The notes under the pieces were generated by a model that was not told the DNA's origin, did no database searches, and saw nothing but the letters and a program-made list of their open reading frames with translations. Positions 19,594-28,435 of a stretch of DNA of 42,529 bases are shown one piece after another. Made by a program: the position numbers and the translations under genes. Within the stretch, counting starts at the first letter, position 1; the number at the start of each line of letters is the position of its first letter. Origin of the DNA: an uncultured Candidatus Saccharibacteria bacterium (GTDB taxonomy: Bacteria; Patescibacteriota; 4484-211; JAGQKX01); contig CAYMOT010000002.1 in NCBI GenBank assembly GCA_964392315.1, forward strand, positions 228,365 to 270,893, read 5' to 3'.

Positions 19594-19771
19594 GTTGGTT
19601 TTCTTGCTGTGTATGCCCATGTGATCGATGCATAAAAATATGCATGATAGGACAAAAAAGCAAAAACATTCCCCATACAATATTCTCTCGAACCAAAGGG
19701 AACAGTATGTACACACCTAATAAACTAAAAATAAAAATCACACATGCAATTATCAAAAAATTATGCTTCAT
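19577..19771 (-). CDS. DUF2933-like small membrane protein
   Basis: LLFCPIMHIFMHRSHGH signature, commonly found next to Cu-ATPases. Confidence 0.78.
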   Translation of the reverse strand: MKHNFLIIACVIFIFSLLGVYILFPLVRENIVWGMFLLFCPIMHIFMHRSHGHTQQENQHVSKK

Positions 19772-19775
19772 ATAG

Positions 19776-21917
19776 TTATACGTGTAATTTCGTCTTACGT
19801 AGAGTTAAGGCGTTAATGACGACAATTACAGAGGAAAGACTCATTAATATAGCTCCAACTGCTGGGGTTAGCATAAATCCAAGAGGTATAAATAGTCCTG
19901 CTGCTGCTGGAATAGCGAGAACATTATACCCTGTCGCCCAGATAAGATTTTCTACCATTTTTCTGTATACCTTTCGGGACAAAACAATCAATCGTACAAG
20001 ATGCTGAGGATTGCTCTGCGTCAAAATAATATCTCCTGCCTCTACTGCTACATCTGTCCCAGCGCCAATTGCTACTCCAGCATTCGCTTGGGTTAATGCA
20101 GGAGCATCATTAACGCCGTCGCCGGCCATAACCACTACATTCCCCTGATCCTGAAGGTCTTTGATATGCCGATATTTATCCTCAGGTAACACTTCTGCAA
20201 ATACGGTATCTATTCCTAATCGTTTCGCTATAGACTCAGCTGATGATGTGGTATCACCGGTAAGCATAGCGACTTTTACTCCTAGTGTATGTAGTTCATC
20301 GACCGCTTGTTTGGATTCCTCTTTGACATCATCGCTAAGCCCAAGCATACCGATAATGCGTTCGTTGTCAGAAACAAATACTGGTGTCTTTCCTTCCTTA
20401 TTAAATTCATCTAAAATTTCTTGCGCTGATGCAGACATTAAGTTTTTTTGTTCCATAAGTCTTTGATTTCCGACAAAATATCTTTTATCACCAACTGATG
20501 CTTCCATTCCCATACCAGCTATATTCTTAATATTGGTTGCTTCACCATATAAGGCATTTTCTCGTTTAAGATAATTGATAATTGCTAATCCAATAACATG
20601 AGAGGAATGATTTTCTATACTCCCGACAATATTCAGTAATGATTCTTCATCACCATGGAGTATTTTTACATCGGTTACTCCAAATTCACCTTTGGTCAAA
20701 GTTCCTGTTTTATCAAACACTACATAGTCAGCACTCTTTATGATTTCAATCTTAGCCATATCTTTTATAAAAACCCCATTATTTACAGCTAGCTTCGTTG
20801 CTATTGTTGAAACAGTTGGTATCGCAAGACCGAGTGCATGTGGACAAGCAATCACAAGCACTGTAATGGCTAAAGTAGCAGCAAAGACAAATGGTTCGCC
20901 AATAAATAGCGACCAGATAATCAATGCACCAAACGACACAATTAATGCAGAAAATGTTAGCCATCTTGATGCCCGATCCGCCAATTTTTGTACTGACGGC
21001 TTGGTTTGCTTGGCGGAAGTAATCAAATCCTGGATTTGTCCAATGGTTGAATTTGCTCCTACTCGCGTTAATTTAATTTCTAACGAACCATCAATGTTTA
21101 TTGCACCTGCGACAACATCTGCGCCGACTGTTTTTTCAATAGGTTTGGATTCACCAGTAATATGGGATTCATTGAAATTACCACTTCCCAATACAATTTC
21201 ACCGTCTGCAGGAACCTTTTCTCCTGGCTTCACAATAACAGTATCACCTTCAACTAGCGACGTTATTTCAACTTCCTTGACCCCATCGTTAGTCTTTAGG
21301 TGTGCTTCTTTTGGCAACAGCTTTGCCACTTCTTGTAGTGCATCTCCTGCAGCTGTTGACGACTTTGCCTCAAGGAAATGTCCAAACAAAAGTATCCATA
21401 TAAGTGTTGCTATTTCTAAATAAAATTCGACCTCGATTCCTGGAATAAAGGTAGAAGCTGCCGAAAATAAGTATCCTGCACCTACTCCTAGTGATACCAA
21501 CGTCATCATGCCATACTGTCTAGCCATAATTTCGTGGCGTGCATGTTGGAAAAATACTAGACCGAAATAAAATATTATTGACGCTATACCAAACTCAACA
21601 AAAGGCCGTAATGTAAAATCAGGAGCCCCTAGAAACATGACCGCTGGTTCAGAAAAAAATGCGAGAGGAACCAATAATACTGTGACAATAAAAAATCGTT
21701 TTAGAAAATCTGCAGCCGCTTCTGGTGTCGCCATCATACTGGCATGATCATGGTGTGTTGACCCACTATCGATATCGCTCTTTTTGACAAGTTCCATTCC
21801 CCCACATTTGAGGCACTTACCTGGTGTATCCTGCTGTATCTCAGGATGCATGGGGCATGTATAGTACTCTCTTTGCTTTCCGTTATGAGTATGTTCATGA
21901 TTATTTGTATGCATCAT
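19776..21917 (-). CDS. copB: Copper-translocating P1B-type ATPase (CPH, P1B-3/CopB-like)
   Basis: His-rich N-terminus and YTCPMHP..KCLKCG metal domain; TGES, CPHALGLA, DKTGT, GDGVND, TM YN and MSLSS. Confidence 0.93.
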   Translation of the reverse strand: MMHTNNHEHTHNGKQREYYTCPMHPEIQQDTPGKCLKCGGMELVKKSDIDSGSTHHDHASMMATPEAAADFLKRFFIVTVLLVPLAFFSEPAVMFLGAPDFTLRPFVEFGIASIIFYFGLVFFQHARHEIMARQYGMMTLVSLGVGAGYLFSAASTFIPGIEVEFYLEIATLIWILLFGHFLEAKSSTAAGDALQEVAKLLPKEAHLKTNDGVKEVEITSLVEGDTVIVKPGEKVPADGEIVLGSGNFNESHITGESKPIEKTVGADVVAGAINIDGSLEIKLTRVGANSTIGQIQDLITSAKQTKPSVQKLADRASRWLTFSALIVSFGALIIWSLFIGEPFVFAATLAITVLVIACPHALGLAIPTVSTIATKLAVNNGVFIKDMAKIEIIKSADYVVFDKTGTLTKGEFGVTDVKILHGDEESLLNIVGSIENHSSHVIGLAIINYLKRENALYGEATNIKNIAGMGMEASVGDKRYFVGNQRLMEQKNLMSASAQEILDEFNKEGKTPVFVSDNERIIGMLGLSDDVKEESKQAVDELHTLGVKVAMLTGDTTSSAESIAKRLGIDTVFAEVLPEDKYRHIKDLQDQGNVVVMAGDGVNDAPALTQANAGVAIGAGTDVAVEAGDIILTQSNPQHLVRLIVLSRKVYRKMVENLIWATGYNVLAIPAAAGLFIPLGFMLTPAVGAILMSLSSVIVVINALTLRKTKLHV

Positions 21918-22201
21918 TAACTCCTTTCTCCCGCAAGTTCATAAATTTTTAGTAGCTCATTGAAAACCTTCTCGTCAATCTGTCCAGACTTGCTGTTTTC
22001 GAGATGCTCCTTAATATGGGTTTTCATATGGTTTTGCAGAATCAACTTATTAAGTGAGCGTATTGATTTCTGTATAGCTAATGACTGTGTAAAAATGTCA
22101 ACGCAATATTCCTCATTTTCAATCATCTTTTCTAACCCCTTTATCTGGCCCTGGATGATTCGTGTGCGATGTATGGCACGCTTTTTAATATCTTTAATCA
22201 T
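21917..22201 (-). CDS. csoR: CsoR/RcnR family metal-sensing repressor
   Basis: RIIQGQIKGLEKMI..YCVDIFTQ..LQNHMKTH; coupled to the ATPase (TAATG). The start was moved to 22201 because the upstream extension is the operator. Confidence 0.88.
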   Translation of the reverse strand: MIKDIKKRAIHRTRIIQGQIKGLEKMIENEEYCVDIFTQSLAIQKSIRSLNKLILQNHMKTHIKEHLENSKSGQIDEKVFNELLKIYELAGERS

Positions 22202-22207
22202 GTACCC

Positions 22208-22237
22208 ATGATAATACCCCCCAGGGGTATATGTCAA
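22208..22237 (-). promoter_or_regulatory. Sigma70 promoter (TTGACA-18-TATCAT) enclosing a CsoR operator ATACCCC-N3-GGGGTAT (22214-22230)
   Basis: Perfect -35 at 22237-22232; -10 at 22213-22208; G/C-tract palindrome of the type known for CsoR operators. Confidence 0.82.
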
Positions 22238-22242
22238 GAGAG

Positions 22243-23100
22243 TTATTTTTTACTATTCCTCCAGGAAGTGTACAGAAACAGAAATAAACTTATTATCAAA
22301 AGTAAGAACACCCCTTGTGTTATCCAGCTATCACCAACAAATTCGTTAATTCTAATAGTTAGTTGGCCAACCCATTCACCAAACTTTTCTGCTTCCTCAG
22401 TCATTTCAAGTTTGCCTGTCAGAGTAAGTATAATTGTGAGGACTCCCATTGGTACAAATACTAAAAAGGCTAGCATGTTTGACATTATGATGGGATATGC
22501 TTTACCTAAGACATGCACTTCTGTGATTTTTTTCTTAAAAATCTGAGCATTAAGTACTTTTTTTGCATCTACAAAGTACGCAAGTAAATAAAGCGGAGTA
22601 ACGATTCCAAGAACATATACAAACGCAACCAAGGCTCCAAACCATACACTTGGCGATAGGAAGCTTAACGTCAGCACTCCTAGAAGAACAGGTGCGCAAC
22701 ACGAACTTGTGATACCGGAAAATACACCCAATGTAAAAATAGACAGCACATCTGGATTATTCGGGTCTGAGTCTGGTTGTTTGAAGTTTGGCATGGGAAG
22801 CTTAATCCCTAATAGTGCAAAAATTCCAATAAATATCATCAGCAACCCACCAAGGATAAATGTCTGATTGTGAAAATCCATGAACAAGTTTGATAAAAAC
22901 TTGAAGCCAAGAACAATCGGAAACATGATGACAAAAATCCCAGCAGAAAACACCATTGTCATGAAGAATACCTGTTTACGTTCCTTGAATACAGAACCAA
23001 GATAGGCTGGTAGCAGATAGCTTATACAGCACGGTGCAAAAAGTGCAATCATTCCGGCTATGAACGATGAAATTAGTGAAGCCCCAATAAAGAAATCCAT
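22243..23100 (-). CDS. CcdA-like membrane protein with Cys-Cys pairs
   Basis: IALFAPCCISYLLPAY and SSCCAPVL motifs; multiple TM segments. Confidence 0.8.
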   Translation of the reverse strand: MDFFIGASLISSFIAGMIALFAPCCISYLLPAYLGSVFKERKQVFFMTMVFSAGIFVIMFPIVLGFKFLSNLFMDFHNQTFILGGLLMIFIGIFALLGIKLPMPNFKQPDSDPNNPDVLSIFTLGVFSGITSSCCAPVLLGVLTLSFLSPSVWFGALVAFVYVLGIVTPLYLLAYFVDAKKVLNAQIFKKKITEVHVLGKAYPIIMSNMLAFLVFVPMGVLTIILTLTGKLEMTEEAEKFGEWVGQLTIRINEFVGDSWITQGVFLLLIISLFLFLYTSWRNSKK

Positions 23101-23102
23101 AA

Positions 23103-23630
23103 TTATCGAACTACGTTTGCATCAAACGTTAGTTCCATCTGGGGCAGCTGTGTAGAATTTGTTTTTATGAAAATGCTTCGACGTGCAGGACCAGTACCTG
23201 ATGGCCCATGTGCGGCAGGATCATAAATCGCCTCGATTTCAAAACTCTCACCTGGTTCAATTACTCTATTAAAATATGTTGACGAACCATGACCGCGCAT
23301 ACCAGCGATCTGAGAACTTGTGCCGTCAGCATAAACTGCTTGTGCCGAAGTACACATACATGATGTATACACTTCCCCGATTGTTACCGGCTCATTGCTG
23401 TCGTTGGTTAACTGATATCGATGGGAAACATCTCCGTCATACATATTAATGACTCCAAAATCATAATCACTCGACTCAACTGATAATGTTCCATTGCTCG
23501 GTTCCGTTGAAGCGAGGACATTTTCTTGATCCTGTTGTTTTTGGTCAAATGAGAGAATTATCCCGAAGACTAATACAAAAACTATAGCAATCCCACCAAC
23601 CGCAAATAATGTATTTTTATTAAACTTCAT
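23103..23630 (-). CDS. Membrane-anchored DUF1573 (Ig-like) protein
   Basis: YDFGVI, VYTSCMCT, YDPAAHGP; paralogous to the C-terminal domain of 12629-13396. Confidence 0.8.
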   Translation of the reverse strand: MKFNKNTLFAVGGIAIVFVLVFGIILSFDQKQQDQENVLASTEPSNGTLSVESSDYDFGVINMYDGDVSHRYQLTNDSNEPVTIGEVYTSCMCTSAQAVYADGTSSQIAGMRGHGSSTYFNRVIEPGESFEIEAIYDPAAHGPSGTGPARRSIFIKTNSTQLPQMELTFDANVVR

Positions 23631-23636
23631 GCTGGT

Positions 23637-23670
23637 ATATTACTAGCCTAAACATGAAGAGAAGATGAAG
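23637..23670 (-). promoter_or_regulatory. Second OmpR-type box CTTCAT-N5-CTTCAT (23670-23654) with -10 TAATAT
   Basis: Identical 17-mer and geometry to 15358-15391. Confidence 0.72.
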
Positions 23671-23689
23671 CCAGAAATATATCCTCTAG

Positions 23690-24961
23690 TTAGGGTGAGA
23701 TAAGTCTTTTGTTTGTCAGTACTACATCTTTTAGTAACTCGTTTACCAATTCTCGTTTTGCGTCGCGACTGCCACTTGTTGTTACTTTCTTGGCATATCC
23801 GACAAGGTCGAGATCCTTGGTGTGATGAAAAATTTTGTGATTATCCAAGACAGTATCGCGTAGCCTTTCATACTGCTCAATTGATTTCTTTAACTTATCG
23901 CTTATTTCTAAATCATCGGTGTTTTCGCTAATGAACCTCACAACTTCATCTTCAAGTTCTTTTTGTGACATATATTTGTTCTGATTACATTTTTTAAATG
24001 GTGTACGTACACAATGATAGTAAATATGTTCTCGATACCGACCACTCTTCAGCTTACGCCGCTTTAATTCGCCTGTAATGTTATATCCGCACTCACCGCA
24101 TTTAAATACATTTCTATAATCAAGCTCCACACTTCTCCACGGAGCTTTTTCCGGCACAGTCATTTTTACCTGTACTTTATCGAATAACTCTTTGGAAATA
24201 AGTGGCTCATGAGCACCCTCGTACCAGTTACCAGTATCTTTTGGGTATTCAAATTCGCCGTAGTAAAAAGAATTCTTGAGTACTCGGTAGATCATACTAA
24301 GAGGTACTTGTTTACCGTTTGGAGTTGTGACCCCTTCTTTATCAAACATTCGTTTTAGATCTCTGCCGTAGTAACAACCCTCTCCAAATAGTTCAAACAT
24401 CTCTTTAATACTGTCTGCTCGTTCAGGATCTTGAATAATTTTTTTAATGCCACCCTGAGATACATTCATGTATCCAATTGGCGCAGGGCCAGGTCGCCAG
24501 CCCATTTCACACTTTGCTCGAATGCCGCGCTTCACGTTTATTCCTTTCTGGTCGTTCTCTAACTTGGCCTGACTGCAAAGGATCATGAGGAGGAATTTTT
24601 GTCCCGGATCATTAGTAAACGTTTGTGAATACGTGCGTATTTGTTGTAGTTTCCCTTGATCCATTAAATCAACAAGTTGACCCAAGTCGCCTGCATTTCT
24701 ACTGAGCCTGTCTGGTGCCCATGTTAGTATTCCTCCAAATTCACCACGTCCAATATCCGTTATCAATTGCTTGAATATAGGACGTATCCCAGAATCTTTT
24801 GCAGAGTGACTTTCACTCCTAATGTCTCTAATCTGTAACCCTTCCTTTACTGCCAACTCAGTCATCTCCTTTATCTGAGAATCAATTGACATTGTCTGTC
24901 GTTCATCAGATTCGCTTGATTTACGGGCATATAAGCAGTAGTTGATACTTTCTTGCTCCAT
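23690..24961 (-). CDS. Large serine recombinase (resolvase + recombinase + Zn-ribbon)
   Basis: YARKSSE (catalytic Ser), WAPDRLSRN, GPAPIGY, HEPLISKELF, CGECG..YYHC. The ORF is open from 24991; ATG 24961 is preferred. Confidence 0.93.
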   Translation of the reverse strand: MEQESINYCLYARKSSESDERQTMSIDSQIKEMTELAVKEGLQIRDIRSESHSAKDSGIRPIFKQLITDIGRGEFGGILTWAPDRLSRNAGDLGQLVDLMDQGKLQQIRTYSQTFTNDPGQKFLLMILCSQAKLENDQKGINVKRGIRAKCEMGWRPGPAPIGYMNVSQGGIKKIIQDPERADSIKEMFELFGEGCYYGRDLKRMFDKEGVTTPNGKQVPLSMIYRVLKNSFYYGEFEYPKDTGNWYEGAHEPLISKELFDKVQVKMTVPEKAPWRSVELDYRNVFKCGECGYNITGELKRRKLKSGRYREHIYYHCVRTPFKKCNQNKYMSQKELEDEVVRFISENTDDLEISDKLKKSIEQYERLRDTVLDNHKIFHHTKDLDLVGYAKKVTTSGSRDAKRELVNELLKDVVLTNKRLISP

Positions 24962-25027
24962 CGAGGGAGACAATACCGCTAAAACCTTCAACAGCCTAGT
25001 CGTGGAGTATGTTCTATAATCTCCATC

Positions 25028-25756
25028 ATGGAATACTATAACGACTATTTCTCTTCGGATTTAAATTACTATAAATGGACGCTATGGCGGGAAGAGGCAA
25101 ATCGTTGGCTTGAATGTTTCTATGAAACTGATCCAGTGGCATATTTGAAATCAAGAAAACGGGTTTTACGTCCAAATGAACGAGATGGTTTTATGGCAGA
25201 GATAAAGACGCTTTATTTTTTGAAAAAACGATTAAAATTAGTAATAAACGAGATAGAGCCTAAAGATGGTCTACACGATATGTCTTTAACTGACCAAAAT
25301 GATGTGATTTGGAATGTTGAAATTAAGGCTCCTAAATGGATGGGTCAGGTAATGAGGAGTGATGACATTCCTATGGAAACCCGAAGGGAACGTATTAAAC
25401 GAGACAAGTATATAAATGCAGAAGGAGAGTGGTTTAATTCCTACGAACAAATTCAATATACATTAGAACATCCAGTCAATAAAGCATTACACAAATTTAA
25501 TCCATCAGAAAACAACTTACTTGTAATTTGCCCTGATCTCAAACACTCAATACATACAATGTTGGCAGTCGAGGCTATGCAAGAAAAAGATCCTGCCGAG
25601 CTACTTCGTCACTTAATTGAAATATTTGATCCCGAAAATAAAATATCTTGTGTATTGCTTCTTGAAACTCATTTAGTAGCAGATGCTAATCAAATTGAAT
25701 ACGATTTTATCGTTTGCCCAATATCGAAATCGTTACAGTTTCAATTTCAAGCGTAA
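25028..25756 (+). CDS. Hypothetical protein, putative PD-(D/E)XK nuclease fold
   Basis: GFMAEIK..HDMSL..NVEIK fits an E..D..ExK pattern; own TATAAT at 25015-25020. Confidence 0.55.
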   Translation: MEYYNDYFSSDLNYYKWTLWREEANRWLECFYETDPVAYLKSRKRVLRPNERDGFMAEIKTLYFLKKRLKLVINEIEPKDGLHDMSLTDQNDVIWNVEIKAPKWMGQVMRSDDIPMETRRERIKRDKYINAEGEWFNSYEQIQYTLEHPVNKALHKFNPSENNLLVICPDLKHSIHTMLAVEAMQEKDPAELLRHLIEIFDPENKISCVLLLETHLVADANQIEYDFIVCPISKSLQFQFQA

Positions 25757-25766
25757 GTCAGTCATA

Positions 25767-27257
25767 TCAAAAGCTCATGCCCCAAAACCCTCTTGTAATT
25801 GGTCTCCCTTTATCACTTCGGTGACTTCTCTTGCGCGGACGTTTTGGTTGTGATTTACGGATATCTTGCCCCAAGTAATTAATCATTAATGAGAACGCAT
25901 CAGCTAGGTCGTCGTGTCGTTCAGTGCCAAATCCAACGAGTTGTTGTATTAATACTTTTGCACCTTCTTTGGGGAATAAAACGTGGCCTGATTTAATAAA
26001 AGGTGTAGTTGTTGTGAGTCGTGCTCTTTTATCTTGCCCATGCACTTTTATTCCCTCAGCACGAACTAACCTTTCATTTAGCCGTTCTACTACTGCCATT
26101 TGATAGTTAACCTGCTCAACCAATACGATATAGGGCTTTCTGTCGAATTGACTAACTTGAGATTCAATAGTTTCACATGTCAATGGGAAATTCATTCGTT
26201 TGTTTATTGGTTCCGGAAGAATGTATATTTTAGTATTCTCTACGTAACCTGAAACATATGCGGTGACAATTGCAGTGTAGTCATTAGTATCCTCCTGACC
26301 GATAGCTGGGTCAACGCTTAGGACAACTTTTTTAACATCCTCCATTGGTGGTAACTGATCATAGTATTGTAACCAAGCTGGATGAACCACTTGGTCATCC
26401 GTTGCTACTATCTCCAATAAATATTCACGATGAAACGTAACAGGATCATTTATTTCTCTTTCAAGCGCTTTAATGTCATCAAAAGTCGGAAATCTTCCCG
26501 GCCACAAAATGTTGTTAGCTTTATCATAGAGTGGGTACTCTCTATAGACACCATCTACTGCATTTCCTTGAATCGCCTCTTTTAATCGTGCAATAAGGCT
26601 ATCATTATGTAGATAATTACCCACAACTATAATCTTGGTACTTTCTTGTCCCGCGGGGAGAATTTCGCCTTTAAACCATTCACTTGTCTTGTCTCTCATC
26701 TCCTGTGTTCGTACGCTTTGGGTATCCTCAACATCGTCAATGATGATCAAGTCAGGACGATTCTCTTTGTGCCTTATTCCCCTCAAGCTATTCCCAGGTG
26801 AAGATGCCATTATTCGTGCATCATACCTATCGAGGACTAAGGCACCTTTTTGCCATTCATCAGCATTTTCGAATAAATGCCCGAAATCTTTCTTTAAAAT
26901 CTCATTTGTTTCTAACTCCTTCTTGATGATATGGAGAAATAATTGTGCTTGTCGTTCTGTCTGACTACAGATCAAAACAAACTTCTTTTGTTGCCTTCCT
27001 AGAATCGACCACAATACATACGACAAGCTAACTATTGTTGACTTAGCAGAACCACGAAACGCTGTTATGACGGCGAGTTTCAAGTTTTCTGCTTCTGTAA
27101 GTTCAATAATCTCTCCGTGAAAAGATGCAGTTTCATATTTAATATACTGAGCAAAATATACATGGAAAAACCAATAATGGCTGTTAAGGCAGGTCTCTAT
27201 GCGAAATGTGCGATCCGACATAATGTTTTTATATATTTCTGCATCATGTTCATTCAT
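25767..27257 (-). CDS. terL: Phage terminase large subunit
   Basis: Walker A FRGSAKST, Walker B LIIIDDVED, nuclease motifs SVDPA, DYTAIV, VEQVNYQ, HDDLADA; SD GGAGGT 7 nt before ATG 27257. Confidence 0.9.
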   Translation of the reverse strand: MNEHDAEIYKNIMSDRTFRIETCLNSHYWFFHVYFAQYIKYETASFHGEIIELTEAENLKLAVITAFRGSAKSTIVSLSYVLWSILGRQQKKFVLICSQTERQAQLFLHIIKKELETNEILKKDFGHLFENADEWQKGALVLDRYDARIMASSPGNSLRGIRHKENRPDLIIIDDVEDTQSVRTQEMRDKTSEWFKGEILPAGQESTKIIVVGNYLHNDSLIARLKEAIQGNAVDGVYREYPLYDKANNILWPGRFPTFDDIKALEREINDPVTFHREYLLEIVATDDQVVHPAWLQYYDQLPPMEDVKKVVLSVDPAIGQEDTNDYTAIVTAYVSGYVENTKIYILPEPINKRMNFPLTCETIESQVSQFDRKPYIVLVEQVNYQMAVVERLNERLVRAEGIKVHGQDKRARLTTTTPFIKSGHVLFPKEGAKVLIQQLVGFGTERHDDLADAFSLMINYLGQDIRKSQPKRPRKRSHRSDKGRPITRGFWGMSF

Positions 27258-27690
27258 TACTATCACCTCCTTTCTTGTCAGTGTCTTTTTCTAGTAAATG
27301 TCCCCTTGTTAGTGCGATAGTGAGTAACTCCTGTTGATCTGGGGTTAACGTGCCATCATCCTCTTTGACTGTTGAGACTTCAACCCTGGTTTTGTAGTCT
27401 TTGTGTCGATTCTTAAGCCAAAATATGATCGCTGTCATATGTTTATCTTTTATGGCAGAAATGAGTTGTGACTCAGCCAAATCGTTGATCAGATGAATGC
27501 CCTCTGCCAATGCCTCATCTGATTTATCTCGAAATAGTTCATCTTCTTTTTTCCAGCGATAGTAGGTTGCTCTTCCAATACCTGTTTTTTCACAGGCAAC
27601 TTGAATGATTGGTGTTTTACGGATCTGCTCTATGAGCAAGTCCTTGTTTTGTTCAGTTTTTGCTATGACAGTGCCAGTTTTTTTAGGCAT
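27250..27690 (-). CDS. Terminase small subunit-like HTH protein
   Basis: IQVACEKTGIGRATYYRW HTH, AESQL..AIIFWLK; directly upstream of terL; start MPKK at 27690. Confidence 0.75.
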   Translation of the reverse strand: MPKKTGTVIAKTEQNKDLLIEQIRKTPIIQVACEKTGIGRATYYRWKKEDELFRDKSDEALAEGIHLINDLAESQLISAIKDKHMTAIIFWLKNRHKDYKTRVEVSTVKEDDGTLTPDQQELLTIALTRGHLLEKDTDKKGGDSNE

Positions 27691-28435
27691 AATTAATCCT
27701 CTCTGCTTTAATACCTGATAGGTTTTCAAAGCGATTAATGATGACTTCACAGTACGCGGGATCTATCTCGACCATAATGCAGCGTCGTTTGGTTTGTTCG
27801 CAGGCGATAAGCGTCGAGCCGGATCCACCAAATGGATCGTAAACAGTATCCCCAATACGAGTGCTGTTAAGAATCAGTCGGCGTAATAAACCAACTGGTT
27901 TCATGGTTGGATGTAACTTACTTTTATTGGGTTTCGGATACAGGATGACGGACTTATCTTTACTTTTATGAAATTCATGTGTTCCGTACCAGCCATATGC
28001 AATGAACTCGTGTTGTGGTAAGTAGTCCATTCGGCCAATGATGGAGTGATTCTTTATCCAAACAAGAAGCTGTGAGAACTTAACTCCGCTCAATTGCATT
28101 CCTTCACGCAAAGCGAAGATCATCTTGTCTGAATTGAAGATATAAAAAGCGTTCTTATTTGTAAGATGTGGGATGACAGGTTGTATCCATCGCTGCGTGA
28201 ACTCAGAATATTCTTGCTCAGTTTGCTCCTTGTCATTTGCGATGATTGTTTGATTACTTAATTTGGCAAACCCTGATTTATTCTCCACATATCCGACTCC
28301 ATAAGGAGGGTCCGTCAGAACGAGCGAAATAGATGTATCCATTAATGCACGTTGAATAATGTTCTTGTTGAGGGAATCGCCGCATATCAACAAATGCTCA
28401 CCTAATTTAGTAAAGCTGTCGATTTCTACTCGCAT
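27683..28435 (-). CDS. Beta-class N6/N4 DNA methyltransferase
   Basis: TDPPY (motif IV) precedes HPTMKP and DPFGGSGS (motif I). Confidence 0.92.
   Translation of the reverse strand: MRVEIDSFTKLGEHLLICGDSLNKNIIQRALMDTSISLVLTDPPYGVGYVENKSGFAKLSNQTIIANDKEQTEQEYSEFTQRWIQPVIPHLTNKNAFYIFNSDKMIFALREGMQLSGVKFSQLLVWIKNHSIIGRMDYLPQHEFIAYGWYGTHEFHKSKDKSVILYPKPNKSKLHPTMKPVGLLRRLILNSTRIGDTVYDPFGGSGSTLIACEQTKRRCIMVEIDPAYCEVIINRFENLSGIKAERINYA

Noticed and set aside
19594-19716. Cys-rich N-terminal extension of the multicopper oxidase in the ORF track
   Set aside because: It overlaps the DUF2933 gene in another frame; the signal/anchor starts at Met 19593
22202-22237. N-terminal extension MTYTPGGYYHGY of CsoR
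   Set aside because: It coincides exactly with the promoter and operator; the real start is ATG 22201
10403-23100. Cytochrome c maturation system implied by the CcdA label
   Set aside because: No CcmABCEF/ResBC genes and no CxxCH substrates are in the window; a general thiol-redox role is more parsimonious
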